Assembly (NCBI GenBank): GCA_030390025.1
Contig: CM059429.1
Coordinates: forward strand, 138,570,001-138,634,000
Direction: 5' to 3'
Source of the DNA: Squalus acanthias
Taxonomy: Eukaryota
DNA length: 64,000 nt
The notes below the pieces were generated by a model, which ran no database searches, was not told where the DNA came from, and saw nothing but the letters and a program-made list of their open reading frames with translations. Of this stretch, positions 49,701 to 62,944 are shown piece by piece. The translations under genes and the position numbers were made by a program. Numbering within the stretch: position 1 is the first letter of the stretch; every line of letters starts with the position of its first letter.

Positions 49701-52700
49701 TGTGCGGTCTGTCTTGTTGTGCGGGTCTGTTCTTGTTGTGTGCGGGTCTGTTCTTGTTGTGTGCGGGTCTGTTCTTGTTGTGCGGGTCTGTTCTTGTTGT
49801 GTGCGGGTCTGTTCTTGTTGTGTGCGGGTCTGTTCTTGTTGTGCGGGTCTGTTCTTGTTGTGTGCGGGTCTGTTCTTGTTGTGTGCGGGTCTGTTCTTGT
49901 TGTGTGCGGGTCTGTTCTTGTTGGTGCGGGTCTGTTCTTGTTGTGTGCGGGTCTGTTCTTGTTGTGTGCGGGTCTGTTCTTGTTGTGTGCGGGTCTGTTC
50001 TTGTTGTGCGGGTCTGTTCTTGTTGTGCGGGTCTGTTCTTGTTGTGTGCGGGTCTGTTCTTGTTGGTGCGGGTCTGTTCTTGTTGTGTGCGGGTCTGTTC
50101 TTGTTGTGTGCGGGTCTGTTCTTGTTGTGCGGGTCTGTTCTTGTTGTGCGGGTCTGTTCTTGTTGGCGGGTCTGTTCTTGTGTGTGCGGGTCTGTTCTTG
50201 TTGTGTGCGGGTCTGTTCTTGTTGTGTCGGGTCTGTTCTTGTTGTGTGCGGGTCTGTTCTTGTTGTGTGCGGGTCTGTTCTTGTTGTGCGGGTCTGTTCT
50301 TGTTGTGCGGGTCTGTTCTTGTTGTGCGGGTCTGTTCTTGTTGTGTGCGGGTCTGTTCTTGTTGTGTGCGGGTCTGTTCTTGTTGTGTGCGGGTCTGTTC
50401 TTGTTGTCGTGGGGTCTGTTCTTGTTGTGTGCGGGTCTGTTCTTGTTGTGAGGGTCTGTTCTTGTTGTTGCGGTCTTGTTGTGGCGGGTCTGTTCTTGTT
50501 GTGCGGGTCTGTTCTTGTTGTGCGGGTCTGTCTTGTTGTGTATGGTCTGTTCTTGTTGTGTGCGGGTCTGTTCTTGTTGTGTGCGGGTCTGTTCTTGTTG
50601 TGTGCGGGTCTGTTCTTGTTGTGTGGGTCTGTTCTTGTTGTGTGTGGGTCTGTTCTTGTTGTGCGGGTCTGTTCTTGTGTGTGGGTCTGTTCTTGTTGTG
50701 TGCGGGTCTGTTCTTGTTGTGTGCGGGTCTGTTCTTGTTGTGTGCGGGTCTGTTCTTGTTGTGTGCGGGTCTGTTCTTGTTGTGTGCGGGTCTGTTCTTG
50801 TTGTGTGGGTCTGTTCTTGTTGTGTATGGTCTGTTCTTGTTGTGTGCGGGTCTGTTCTTGTTGTGCGGGTCTGTTCTTGTTGTGTGCGGGTCTGTTCTTG
50901 TTGTGCGGGTCTGTTCTTGTTGTGTGCGGGTCTGTTCTTGTTGTGTGCGGGTCTGTTCTTGTTGTGCGGGTCTGTTCTTGTTGTGTATGGTCTGTTCTTG
51001 TTGTGTGCGGGTCTGTTCTTGTTGTGTGCGGGTCTGTTCTTGTTGTGTGCGGGTCTGTTCTTGTTGTGTGCGGGTCTGTTCTTGTTGTGTGCGGGTCTGT
51101 TCTTGTTGTGTGCGGGTCTGTTCTTGTTGTGCGGGTCTGTTCTTGTTGTGTGCGGGTCTGTTCTTGTTGTGTGCGGGTCTGTTCTTGTTGTGCGGGTCTG
51201 TTCTTGTTGTGCGGGTCTGTTCTTGTTGTGTGCGGGTCTGTTCTTGTTGTGTGCGGGTCTGTTCTTGTTGTGTGCGGGTCTGTTCTTGTTGTGTGCGGGT
51301 CTGTTCTTGTTGTGTGCGGGTCTGTTCTTGTTGTGTGCGGGTCTGTTCTTGTTGTGTGCGGGTCTGTTCTTGTTGTGTGCGGGTCTGTTCTTGTTGTGTG
51401 CGGGTCTGTTCTTGTTGTGTGCGGGTCTGTTCTTGTTGTGCGGGTCTGTCTTGTTGTGCGGGTCTGTTCTTGTTGTGCGGGTCTGTTCTTGTTGTGTGCG
51501 GGTCTGTTCTTGTTGTGTATGGTCTGTTCTTGTTGTGTGCGGGTCTGTTCTTGTTGTGTGCGGGTCTGTTCTTGTTGTGTGCGGGTCTGTTCTTGTTGTG
51601 TGCGGGTCTGTTCTTGTTGTGTGCGGGTCTGTTCTTGTTGTGCGGGTCTGTTCTTGTTGTGTGCGGGTCTGTTCTTGTTGTGTGCGGGTCTGTTCTTGTT
51701 GTGCGGGTCTGTTCTTGTTGTGTGCGGGTCTGTTCTTGTTGTGTGCGGGTCTGTTCTTGTTGTGTGCGGGTCTGTTCTTGTTGTGTGCGGGTCTGTTCTT
51801 GTTGTGTGCGGGTCTGTTCTTGTTGTGTGCGGGTCTGTTCTTGTTGTGTGCGGGTCTGTTCTTGTTGTGTGCGGGTCTGTTCTTGTTGTGTGCGGGTCTG
51901 TTCTTGTTGTGTGCGGGTCTGTTCTTGTTGTGTGCGGGTCTGTTCTTGTTGTGTGCGGGTCTGTTCTTGTTGTGTGCGGGTCTGTTCTTGTTGTGCGGGT
52001 CTGTTCTTGTTGTGTGCGGGTCTGTTCTTGTTGTGTATGGTCTGTTCTTGTTGTGTATGGTCTGTTCTTGTTGTGTGCGGGTCTGTTCTTGTTGTGTATG
52101 GTCTGTTCTTGTTGTGTGCGGGTCTGTTCTTGTTGTGTGCGGGTCTGTTCTTGTTGTGTGCGGGTCTGTTCTTGTTGTGTGCGGGTCTGTTGTTGTGCGG
52201 GTCTGTTCTTGTTGTGTGCGGGTCTGTTCTTGTTGTGTATGGTCTGTTCTTGTTGTGTGTGGGTCTGTTCTTGTTGTGCGGGTCTGTTCTTGTTGTGTGC
52301 GGGTCTGTTCTTGTTGTGCGGGTCTGTTCTTGTTGTGTGGGTCTGTTCTTGTTGTGTGCGGGTCTGTTCTTGTTGTGCGGGTCTGTTCTTGTTGTGCGGG
52401 TCTGTTCTTGTTGTGTGCGGGTCTGTTCTTGTTGTGTATGGTCTGTTCTTGTTGTGTATGGTCTGTTCTTGTTGTGTGCGGGTCTGTTCTTGTTGTGCGG
52501 GTCTGTTCTTGTTGTGAGCGGGTCTGTTCTTGTTGTGCGGGTCTGTTCTTGTTGTGTGTGGTCTGTTCTTGTTGTGCGCGGGTCTGTTCTTGTTGTGCGG
52601 GTCTGTTCTTGTTGTGTGCGGGTCTGTTCTTGTTGTGTATGGTCTGTTCTTGTTGTGTGCGGGTCTGTTGTTGTGAGCGGGTCTGTTCTTGTTGTGTGCG

Positions 52701-55700
52701 GGTCTGTTCTTGTTGTGCGCGGGTCTGTTCTTGTTGTGCGGGTCTGTTCTTGTTGTGTGCGGGTCTGTTCTTGTTGTGCGGGTCTGTTCTTGTTGTGTGC
52801 GGGTCTGTTCTTGTTGTGTGCGGGTCTGTTCTTGTTGTGCGCGGGTCTGTTCTTGTTGTGCGGGTCTGTTCTTGTTGTGTGCGGGTCTGTTCTTGTTGTG
52901 TATGGTCTGTTCTTGTTGTGTATGGTCTGTTCTTGTTGTGTGCGGGTCTGTTCTTGTTGTTGTGCGGGTCTGTTCTTGTTGTGTGCGGGTCTGTTCTTGT
53001 TGTGTGCGGGTCTGTTCTTGTTGTGTGCGGGTCTGTTCTTGTTGTGCGGGTCTGTTCTTGTTGTGTGCGGGTCTGTTCTTGTTGTGCGGGTCTGTTCTTG
53101 TTGTGCGGGTCTGTTCTTGTTCTGTGCGGGTCTGTTCTTGTTGTGCGGGTCTGTTCTTGTTGTGTGCGGGTCTGTTCTTGTTGTGTGCGGGTCTGTTCTT
53201 GTTGTGTATGGTCTGTTCTTGTTGTGTGCGGGTCTGTTCTTGTTGTGTATGGTCTGTTCTTGTTGTGTATGGTCTGTTCTTGTTGTGTGTGGGTCTGTTC
53301 TTGTTGTGCGGGTCTGTTCTTGTTGTGTATGGTCTGTTCTTGTTGTGCGGGTCTGTTCTTGTTGTGAGGGTCTGTTCTTGTTGTGTGGGTCTGTTCTTGT
53401 TGTGTATGGTCTGTTCTTGTTGTGTATGGTCTGTTCTTGTTGTGTGCGGGTCTGTTCTTGTTGTGTGGGTCTGTTCTTGTTGTGTATGGTCTGTTCTTGT
53501 TGTGTGGGTCTGTTCTTGTTGTGTATGGTCTGTTCTTGTTGTGTATGGTCTGTTCTTGTTGTGTGCGGGTCTGTTCTTGTTGTGTGGGTCTGTTCTTGTT
53601 GTGTGCGGGTCTGTTCTTGTTGTGCGGGTCTGTTCTTGTTGTGCGGGTCTGTTCTTGTTGTGTGCGGGTCTGTTCTTGTTGTGTATGGTCTGTTCTTGTT
53701 GTGCGGGTCTGTTCTTGTTGTGTGCGGGTCTGTTCTTGTTGTGTGCGGGTCTGTTCTTGTTGTGCGGGTCTGTTCTTGTTGTGTGCGGGTCTGTTCTTGT
53801 TGTGTGCGGGTCTGTTCTTGTTGTGTATGGTCTGTTCTTGTTGTGTGTGGTCTGTTCTTGTTGTGCGGGTCTGTTCTTGTTGTGTGCGGGTCTGTTCTTG
53901 TTGTGTATGGTCTGTTCTTGTTGTGCTGGTCTGTTCTTGTTGTGTGCGGGTCTGTTCTTGTTGTGCGGGTCTGTTCTTGTTGTGTATGGTCTGTTCTTGT
54001 TGTGTGCGGGTCTGTTCTTGTTGTGTGCGGGTCTGTTCTTGTTGTGTATGGTCTGTTCTTGTTGTGTATGGTCTGTTCTTGTTGTGTGAGGGTCTGTTCT
54101 TGTTGTGTGCGGGTCTGTTCTTGTTGTGTGCGGGTCTGTTCTTGTTGTGTGCGGGTCTGTTCTTGTTGTGTGCGGGTCTGTTCTTGTTGTGTATGGTCTG
54201 TTCTTGTTGTGTGCGGGTCTGTTCTTGTTGTGTGCGGGTCTGTTCTTGTTGTGTGGGTCTGTTCTTGTTGTGTATGGTCTGTTCTTGTTGTGTATGGTCT
54301 GTTCTTGTTGTGCGGGTCTGTTCTTGTTGTGTATGGTCTGTTCTTGTTGTGTGCGGGTCTGTTCTTGTGTGCGGGTCTGTTCTTGTTGTGTATGGTCTGT
54401 TCTTGTTGTGCGGGTCTGTTCTTGTTGTGTGCGGGTCTGTTCTTGTTGTGTATGGTCTGTTCTTGTTGTGTGCGGGTCTGTTCTTGTTGTGTGGGTCTGT
54501 TCTTGTTGTGTATGGTCTGTTCTTGTTGTGCTGGTCTGTTCTTGTTGTGTGCGGGTCTGTTCTTGTTGTGCGGGTCTGTTCTTGTTGTGTATGGTCTGTT
54601 CTTGTTGTGTACGGGTCTGTTCTTGTTGTGCGGGTCTGTTCTTGTTCTGTGCGGGTCTGTTCTTGTTGTGCGGGTCTGTTCTTGTTGTGTGCGGGTCTGT
54701 TCTTGTTGTGCGGGTCTGTTCTTGTTGTGTGCGGGTCTGTTCTTGTTGTGTGCGGGTCTGTTCTTGTTGTGCGGGTCTGTTCTTGTTGTGCGGGTCTGTT
54801 CTTGTTGTGCGGGTCTGTTCTTGTTGTGCGGGTCTGTTCTTGTTCTGTGCGGGTCTGTTCTTGTTGTGCGGGTCTGTTCTTGTTGTGTGCGGGTCTGTTC
54901 TTGTTGTGCGGGTCTGTTCTTGTTGTGTGCGGGTCTGTTCTTGTTGTGTATTGTCTGTTCTTGTTGTGCGGGTCTGTTCTTGTTGTGCGGGTCTGTTCTT
55001 GTTGTGCGGGTCTGTTCTTGTTGTGCGGGTCTGTTCTTGTTGTGCGGGTCTGTTCTTGTTGTGCGGGTCTGTTCTTGTTGTGCGGGTCTGTTCTTGTTGT
55101 GTGCGGGTCTGTTCTTGTTGTGCGGGTCTGTTCTTGTTGTGTGCGGGTCTGTTCTTGTTGTGTGCGGGTCTGTTCTTGTTGTTGTGCGGGTCTGTTCTTG
55201 TTGTGCGGGTCTGTTCTTGTTGTGTATGGTCTGTTCTTGTTGTGTGCGGGTCTGTTCTTGTTGTGTGCGGGTCTGTTCTTGTTGTGTGCGGGTCTGTTCT
55301 TGTTGTGTGCGGGTCTGTTCTTGTTGTGTGCGGGTCTGTTCTGTTGTGTGCGGGTCTGTTCTTGTTGTGCGGGTCTGTTCTTGTTGTGCGGGTCTGTTCT
55401 TGTTGTGTATGGTCTGTTCTTGTTGTGCATGGTCTGTTCTTGTTGTGTATGGTCTGTTCTTGTTGTGTGCGGGTCTGTTCTTGTTGTGTGCGGGTCTGTT
55501 CTTGTTGTGCGGGTCTGTTCTTGTTGTGTGCGGGTCTGTTCTTGTTGTGTGCGGGTCTGTTCTTGTTGTGCGGGTCTGTTCTTGTTGTGTGCGGGTCTGT
55601 TCTTGTTGTGTGCGGGTCTGTTCTTGTTGTGTATGGTCTGTTCTTGTTGTGTGCGGGTCTGTTCTTGTTGTGTGGGTCTGTTCTTGTTGTGCGGGTCTGT

Positions 55701-58589
55701 TCTTGTTGTGTGCGGGTCTGTTCTTGTTGTGTATGGTCTGTTCTTGTTGTGTGGGTCTGTTCTTGTTGTGTGCGGGTCTGTTCTTGTTGTGTATGGTCTG
55801 TTCTTGTTGTGTGCGGGTCTGTTCTTGTTGTGTGCGGGTCTGTTCTTGTTGTGCGGGTCTGTTCTTGTTGTGCGGGTCTGTTCTTGTTCTGTGCGGGTCT
55901 GTTCTTGTTGTGCGGGTCTGTTCTTGTTGTGTGCGGGTCTGTTCTTGTTGTTGTGCGATCTGTTCTTGTTGTGTGCGGGTCTGTTCTTGTTGTGTGCGGG
56001 TCTGTTCTTGTTGTGTATGGTCTGTTCTTGTTGTGTGCGGGTCTGTTCTTGTTGTGTGCGGGTCTGTTCTTGTTGTGTGCGGGTCTGTTCTTGTTGTGCG
56101 GGTCTGTTCTTGTTGTGCGGGTCTGTTCTTGTTGTGTGTGGGTCTGTTCTTGTTGTGTGCGGGTCTGTTCTTGTTGTGTGCGGGTCTGTGCTTGTTGTGC
56201 GGGGCTGTTCTTGTTGTGTGCGGGTCTGTTCTTGTTGTGTGCGGGTCTGTTCTTGTTGTGTGCGGGTCTGTTCTTGTTGTGTGCGGGTTTGTTCTTGTTG
56301 TGTGCGGGTCTGTTCTTGTTGTGTGCGGGTCTGTTCTTGTTGTGTGCGGGTCTGTTCTTGTTGTGCGGGTCTGTTCTTGTTGTGCGGGTCTGTTCTTGTT
56401 GTGTGTGGTCTGTTCTTGTTGTGTGTGGTCTGTTCTTGTTGTGTGCGGGTCTGTTCTTGTTGTGCGGGTCTGTTCTTGTTGTGTGCGGGTCTGTTCTTGT
56501 TGTGTGCGGGTCTGTTCTGTTGTGTGCGGGTCTGTTCTTGTTGTGCGGGTCTGTTCTTGTTGTGTGCGGGGCTGTTCTTGTTGTGTATGGTCTGTTCTTG
56601 TTGTGCGGGTCTGTTCTTGTTGTGTGCAGGGCTGTTCTTGTTGTGTGCCGGGCTGTTCTTGTGTGCCGGTCTGTTCTTGTTGTGTGCGGGTCTGTTCTTG
56701 TTGTGCGGGTCTGTTCTTGTTTTGTGCGGGTCTGTTCTTGCTGTGTGCGGGTCTGTTGTTGTGCGGGTCTGTTCTTGTTGTGTGCGGGTCTGTTCTTGTT
56801 GTGCGGGTCTGTTCTTGTTGTGTGTGGGTCTGTTCTTGTTGTGTGTTGGTCTGTTCTTGTTGTGTGCGGGTCTGTTCTTGTTGTGTGCGGGTCTGTTCTT
56901 GTTGTGCGGGTCTGTTCTTGTTGTGTGTGGGTCTGTTCTTGTTGTGTGTTGGTCTGTTCTTGTTGTGTGCGGGTCTGTTCTTGTTGTGTGCGGGTCTGTT
57001 CTTGTTGTGTGCGGGTCTGTTCTTGTTGTGTGCGGGTCTGTTCTTGTTGTGCGGGTCTGTTCTTGTTGTGTGTGGGTCTGTTCTTGTTGTGTGTTGGTCT
57101 GTTCTTGTTGTGTGCAGGTCTGTTCTTGTTGTGTGCGGGTCTGTGCTTGTTGTGCGGGGCTGTTCTTGTTGTGTGCGGGTCTGTTCTTGTTGTGTGCGGG
57201 TCTGTTCTTGTTGTGTGCGGGTCTGTTCTTGTTGTGTGCGGGTCTGTTCTTGTTGTGTGCGGGTCTGTTCTTGTTGTGTGCGGGTCTGTTCTTGTTGTGT
57301 GCGGGTCTGTTCTTGTTGTGTGCGGGTCTGTTCTTGTTGTGTGCGGGTCTGTTCTTGTTGTGTGCGGGTCTGTTCTTGTTGTGCGGGTCTGTTCTTGTTG
57401 TGTGTGGTCTGTTCTTGTTGTGTGTGGTCTGTTCTTGTTGTGTGCGGGTCTGTTCTTGTTGTGCGCGGGTCTGTTCTTGTTGTGTGTGGTCTGTTCTTGT
57501 TGTGTGTCGTCTGTTCTTGTTGTGTGCGGGTCTGTTCTTGTTGTGCGGGTCTGTTCTTGTTGTGTGCGGGTCTGTTCTTGTTGTGTGCGGGTCTGTTCTT
57601 GTTGTGCGGGTCTGTTCTTGTTGTGTGCGGGTCTGTTCTTGTTGTGTGCGGGTCTGTTCTTGTTGTGTGCGGGTCTGTTCTTGTTGTGTGCGGGTCTGTT
57701 CTTGTTGTGTGCGGGTCTGTTCTTGTTGTGCGGGTCTGTTCTTGTTGTGTGCGGGTCTGTTCTTGTTGTGTATGGTCTGTTCTTGTTGTGTGCGGGTCTG
57801 TTCTTGTTGTGTATGGTCTGTTCTTGTTGTGTGCGGGTCTGTTCTTGTTGTGTATGGTCTGTTCTTGTTGTGTGCGGGTCTGTTCTTGTTGTGCGGGTCT
57901 GTTCTTGTTGTGTGCGGGTCTGTTCTTGTTGTGTGCGGGTCTGTTCTTGTTGTGCGGGTCTGTTCTTGTTGTGTGCGGGTCTGTTCTTGTTGTGTGCGGG
58001 TCTGTTCTTGTTGTGTGCGGGTCTGTTCTTGTTGTGCGGGTCTGTTCTTGTTGTGTGCGGGTCTGTTCTTGTTGTGTGCGGGTCTGTTCTTGTTGTGAGG
58101 GTCTGTTCTTGTTGTGTGCGGGTCTGTTCTTGTTGTGTGCGGGTCTGTTCTTGTTGTGTGCGGGTCTGTTCTTGTTGTGCGGGTCTGTTCTTGTTGTGTG
58201 CGGGTCTGTTCTTGTTGTGTGCGGGTCTGTTCTTGTTGTGTGCGGGTCTGTTCTTGTTGTGTGCGGGTCTGTTCTTGTTGTGCGGGTCTGTTCTTGTTGT
58301 GTGCGGGTCTGTTCTTGTTGTGTGCGGGTCTGTTCTTGTTGTGTGCGGGTCTGTTCTTGTTGTGCGGGTCTGTTCTTGTTGTGTGCGGGTCTGTTCTTGT
58401 TGTGCGGGTCTGTTCTTGTTGTGTATGGTCTGTTCTTGTTGTGTGCGGGTCTGTTCTTGTTGTGTATGGTCTGTTCTTGTTGTGTATGGTCTGTTCTTGT
58501 TGTGTATGGTCTGTTCTTGTTGTGTGCGGGTCTGTTCTTGTTGTGTATGGTCTGTTCTTGTTGTGTATGGTCTGTTCTTGTTGTGTGCG

Positions 58590-59027
58590 GGGCAACACGG
58601 TGGCATAGTGGTTAGCACTGGTGCCTCACAGCGCCAGAGACCCGGGTTCGAATCTGACCTCGGGTGACTGTCTGTGTGGAGTTTGCACATTCTCCCCGTG
58701 TCTGCGTGGGTTTCCTCCGGGTGCTCCGGTTTCCTCCCACAGTCCAAAAATGTGTGGGTTAGGTTGATTTGGCTATGATAAATTGACCCTTAGTGTTAGG
58801 GGGGATTAAATATGTGGGGTTATGGGGATAGGATGGGATATGTTAGGGGGAATTAAATACGTGGGGTTATGGGGGTAGGGTGGGATATGTGTACTGTGGG
58901 GATTGGAGCAGGGACAGGGTACTGGATTTGGATGATCAGCCATGATCGTGTTGAATGGCGGAGCAGGCTCGACGGGCCGAATGGCCTTCTCCTGCTCCTA
59001 GATTCTATGTTTCTATGTTTCTATGTT
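58590..59027 (+). mobile_element. V-SINE (HE1-like) inserted in satellite, copy 1
   Basis: Same head and V-domain as 10211; CR1-like tail ending (CTATGTTT)n. Confidence 0.9.
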
Positions 59028-62000
59028 CTTGTTGTGCGGGTCTGTTCTTGTTGTGTGCGGGTCTGTTCTTGTTGTGCGGGTCTGTTCTTGTTGTGTGCGG
59101 GTCTGTTCTTGTTGTGCGGGTCTGTTCTTGTTGTGTGCGGGTCTGTTCTTGTTGTGTGCGGGTCTGTTCTTGTTGTGCGGGTCTGTTCTTGTTGTGTGCG
59201 GATCTGTTCTTGTTGTGTGCGGGTCTGTTCTTGTTGTGTGCGGGTCTGTTCTTGTTGTGCGGGTCTGTTCTTGTTGTGTGCGGGTCTGTTCTTGTTGTGC
59301 GGGTCTGTTCTTGTTGTGTATGGTCTGTTCTTGTTGTGTATGGTCTGTTCTTGTTGTGTGCGGGTCTGTTCTTGTTGTGTGCGGGTCTGTTCTTGTTGTG
59401 TGCGGGTCTGTTCTTGTTGTGCGGGTCTGTTCTTGTTGTGTGTGGGTCTGTTCTTGTTGTGCGGGTCTGTTCTTGTTGTGCGGGTCTGTTCTTGTTGTGT
59501 ATGGTCTGTTCTTGTTGTGCGGGTCTGTTCTTGTTGTGTATGGTCTGTTCTTGTTGTGTGCGGGTCTGTTCTTGTTGTGTGCGGGTCTGTTCTTGTTGTG
59601 TGCGGGTCTGTTCTTGTTGTGTGCGGGTCTGTTCTTGTTGTGTATGGTCTGTTCTTGTTGTGTATGGTCTGTTCTTGTTGTGCGGGTCTGTTCTTGTTGT
59701 GTGTGGGTCTGTTCTTGTTGTGCGGGTCTGTTCTTGTTGTGTGTGGGTCTGTTCTTGTTGTGCGGGTCTGTTCTTGTTGTGCGGGTCTGTTCTTGTTGTG
59801 TATGGTCTGTTCTTGTTGTGCGGGTCTGTTCTTGTTGTGTATGGTCTGTTCTTGTTGTGTGCGGGTCTGTTCTTGTTGTGTGCGGGTCTGTTCTTGTTGT
59901 GTGCGGGTCTGTTCTTGTTGTGTGCGGGTCTGTTCTTGTTGTGTATGGTCTGTTCTTGTTGTGTATGGTCTGTTCTTGTTGTGCGGGTCTGTTCTTGTTG
60001 TGTGCGGGTCTGTTCTTGTTGTGTGCGGGTCTGTTCTTGTTGTGAGGGTCTGTTCTTGTTGTTGTGCGGGTCTGTTCTTGTTGTGCGGGTCTGTTCTTGT
60101 TGTGCGGGTCTGTTCTTGTTGTGAGGGTCTGTTCTTGTTGTGCGGGTCTGTTCTTGTTGTGCGGGTCTGTTCTTGTTGTGTGCGGGTCTGTTCTTGTTGT
60201 GTGCGGGTCTGTTCTTGTTGTGCGGGTCTGTTCTTGTTGTGTGGGTCTGTTCTTGTTGTGCGGGTCTGTTCTTGTTGTGTGTGGGTCTGTTCTTGTTGTG
60301 CGGGTCTGTTCTTGTTGTGTGGGTCTGTTCTTGTTGTGCGGGTCTGTTCTTGTTGTGTGTGGGTCTGTTCTTGTTGTGCGGGTCTGTTCTTGTTGTGTGG
60401 GTCTGTTCTTGTTGTGTGTGGGTCTGTTCTTGTTGTGCGGGTCTGTTCTTGTTGTGTGCGGGTCTGTTCTTGTTGTGCGGGTCTGTTCTTGTTGTGTCGG
60501 GTCTGTTCTTGTTGTGCGGGTCTGTTCTTGTTGTGCGGGTCTGTTCTTGTTGTGCGGGTCTGTTCTTGTTGTGCGGGTCTGTTCTTGTTGTGCGGGTCTG
60601 TTCTTGTTGTGTGCGGGTCTGTTCTTGTTGTGTGCGGGTCTGTTCTTGTTGTGTGTGGTCTGTTCTTGTTGTGTGTGGTCTGTTCTTGTTGTGCGGGTCT
60701 GTTCTTGTTGTGCGGGTCTGTTCTTGTTGTGAGCGGGTCTGTTCTTGTTGTGCGGGTCTGTTCTTGTTGTGTGCGGGTCTGTTCTTGTTGTGTGCGGGTC
60801 TGTTCTTGTTGTGTGCGGGTCTGTTCTTGTTGTGCGGGTCTGTTCTTGTTGTGTATGGTCTGTTCTTGTTGTGTGCGGGTCTGTTCTTGTTGTGTGCGGG
60901 TCTGTTCTTGTTGTGTGAGGGTCTGTTCTTGTTGTGTGCGGGTCTGTTCTTGTTGTGCGGGTCTGTTCTTGTTGTGTATGGTCTGTTCTTGTTGTGTATG
61001 GTCTGTTCTTGTTGTGTGCGGGTCTGTTCTTGTTGTGTGCGGGTCTGTTCTTGTTGTGTGCGGGTCTGTTCTTGTTGTGCGGGTCTGTTCTTGTTGTGTA
61101 TGGTCTGTTCTTGTTGTGTGCGGGTCTGTTCTTGTTGTGTGCGGGTCTGTTCTTGTTGTGTGCGGGTCTGTTCTTGTTGTGCGGGTCTGTTCTTGTTGTG
61201 TATGGTCTGTTCTTGTTGTGTGCGGGTCTGTTCTTGTTGTGTGCGGGTCTGTTCTTGTTGTGCGGGTCTGTTCTTGTTGTGTGCGGGTCTGTTCTTGTTG
61301 TGTGTGGGTCTGTTCTTGTTGTGTGCGGGTCTGTTCTTGTTGTGCGCGGGTCTGTTCTTGTTGTGCGCGGGTCTGTTCTTGTTGTGTATGGTCTGTTCTT
61401 GTTGTGCGGGTCTGTTCTTGTTGTGTGCGGGTCTGTTCTTGTTGTGTGCGGGTCTGTTCTTGTTGTGTATGGTCTGTTCTTGTTGTGTGCGGGTCTGTTC
61501 TTGTTGTGCGGGTCTGTTCTTGTTGTGCGCGGGTCTGTTCTTGTTGTGTGCGGGTCTGTTCTTGTTGTGCGGGTCTGTTCTTGTTGTGAGGGTCTGTTCT
61601 TGTTGTGTATGGTCTGTTCTTGTTGTGCGGGTCTGTTCTTGTTGTGTGCGGGTCTGTTCTTGTTGTGAGGGTCTGTTCTTGTTGTGTGCGGGTCTGTTCT
61701 TGTTGTGTGGATCTGTTCTTGTTGTGTGGGTCTGTTCTTGTTGTGTGCGGGTCTGTTCTTGTTGTGTGCGGGTCTGTTCTTGTTGTGCGGGTCTGTTCTT
61801 GTTGTGTGCGGGTCTGTTCTTGTTGTGCGGGTCTGTTCTTGTTGTGTGCGGGTCTGTTCTTGTTGTGTGCGGGTCTGTTCTTGTTGTGTGCGGGTCTGTT
61901 CTTGTTGTGTGCGGGTCTGTTCTTGTTGTGTGCGGGTCTGTTCTTGTTGTGTATGGTCTGTTCTTGTTGTGTGCGGGTCTGTTCTTGTTGTGTGCGGGTC

Positions 62001-62506
62001 TGTTGTTGTGCGCGGGTCTGTTCTTGTTGTGTGCGGGTCTGTTCTTGTTGTGCGGGTCTGTTTTTGTTGTGTGTGGGTCTGTTCTTGTTGTGTGTGGGTC
62101 TGTTCTTGTTGTGTGCGGGTCTGTTCTTGTTGTGTGCGGGTCTGTGCTTGTTGTGCGGGGCTGTTCTTGTTGTGTGCGGGTCTGTTCTTGTTGTGTGCGG
62201 GTCTGTTCTTGTTGTGTGCGGGTCTGTTCTTGTTGTGTGCGGGTCTGTTCTTGTTGTGTGCGGGTCTGTTCTTGTTGTGTGCGGGTCTGTTCTTGTTGTG
62301 TGCGGGTCTGTTCTTGTTGTGTGCGGGTCTGTTCTTGTTGTGTGCGGGTCTGTTCTTGTTGTGCGGGTCTGTTCTTGTTGTGCGGGTCTGTTCTTGTTGT
62401 GTATGGTCTGTTCTTGTTGTGTATGGTCTGTTCTTGTTGTGTGCGGGTCTGTTCTTGTTGTGTATGGTCTGTTCTTGTTGTGTATGGTCTGTTCTTGTTG
62501 TGTGCG

Positions 62507-62944
62507 GGGCAACACGGTGGCATAGTGGTTAGCACTGGTGCCTCACAGCGCCAGAGACCCGGGTTCGAATCTGACCTCGGGTGACTGTCTGTGTGGAGTT
62601 TGCACATTCTCCCCGTGTCTGCGTGGGTTTCCTCCGGGTGCTCCGGTTTCCTCCCACAGTCCAAAAATGTGTGGGTTAGGTTGATTTGGCTATGATAAAT
62701 TGACCCTTAGTGTTAGGGGGGATTAAATATGTGGGGTTATGGGGATAGGATGGGATATGTTAGGGGGAATTAAATACGTGGGGTTATGGGGGTAGGGTGG
62801 GATATGTGTACTGTGGGGATTGGAGCAGGGACAGGGTACTGGATTTGGATGATCAGCCATGATCGTGTTGAATGGCGGAGCAGGCTCGACGGGCCGAATG
62901 GCCTTCTCCTGCTCCTAGATTCTATGTTTCTATGTTTCTATGTT
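62507..62944 (+). mobile_element. V-SINE (HE1-like) in satellite, copy 2 (duplicate of copy 1)
   Basis: Identical on reading to 58590-59027, offset 3917. Confidence 0.9.

Noticed and set aside
59000-59040. Satellite derived from the SINE/CR1 (CTATGTT)n tail
   Set aside because: Shared TGTTCTT is too short, and the satellite flanks both sides of the SINE, so it predates the insertion.
41469-62664. Giant ORFs (up to 5723 aa) on both strands
   Set aside because: Satellite artefact: one strand nearly lacks A and the other nearly lacks T, so stops cannot form. All frames are open and give the same three peptides.
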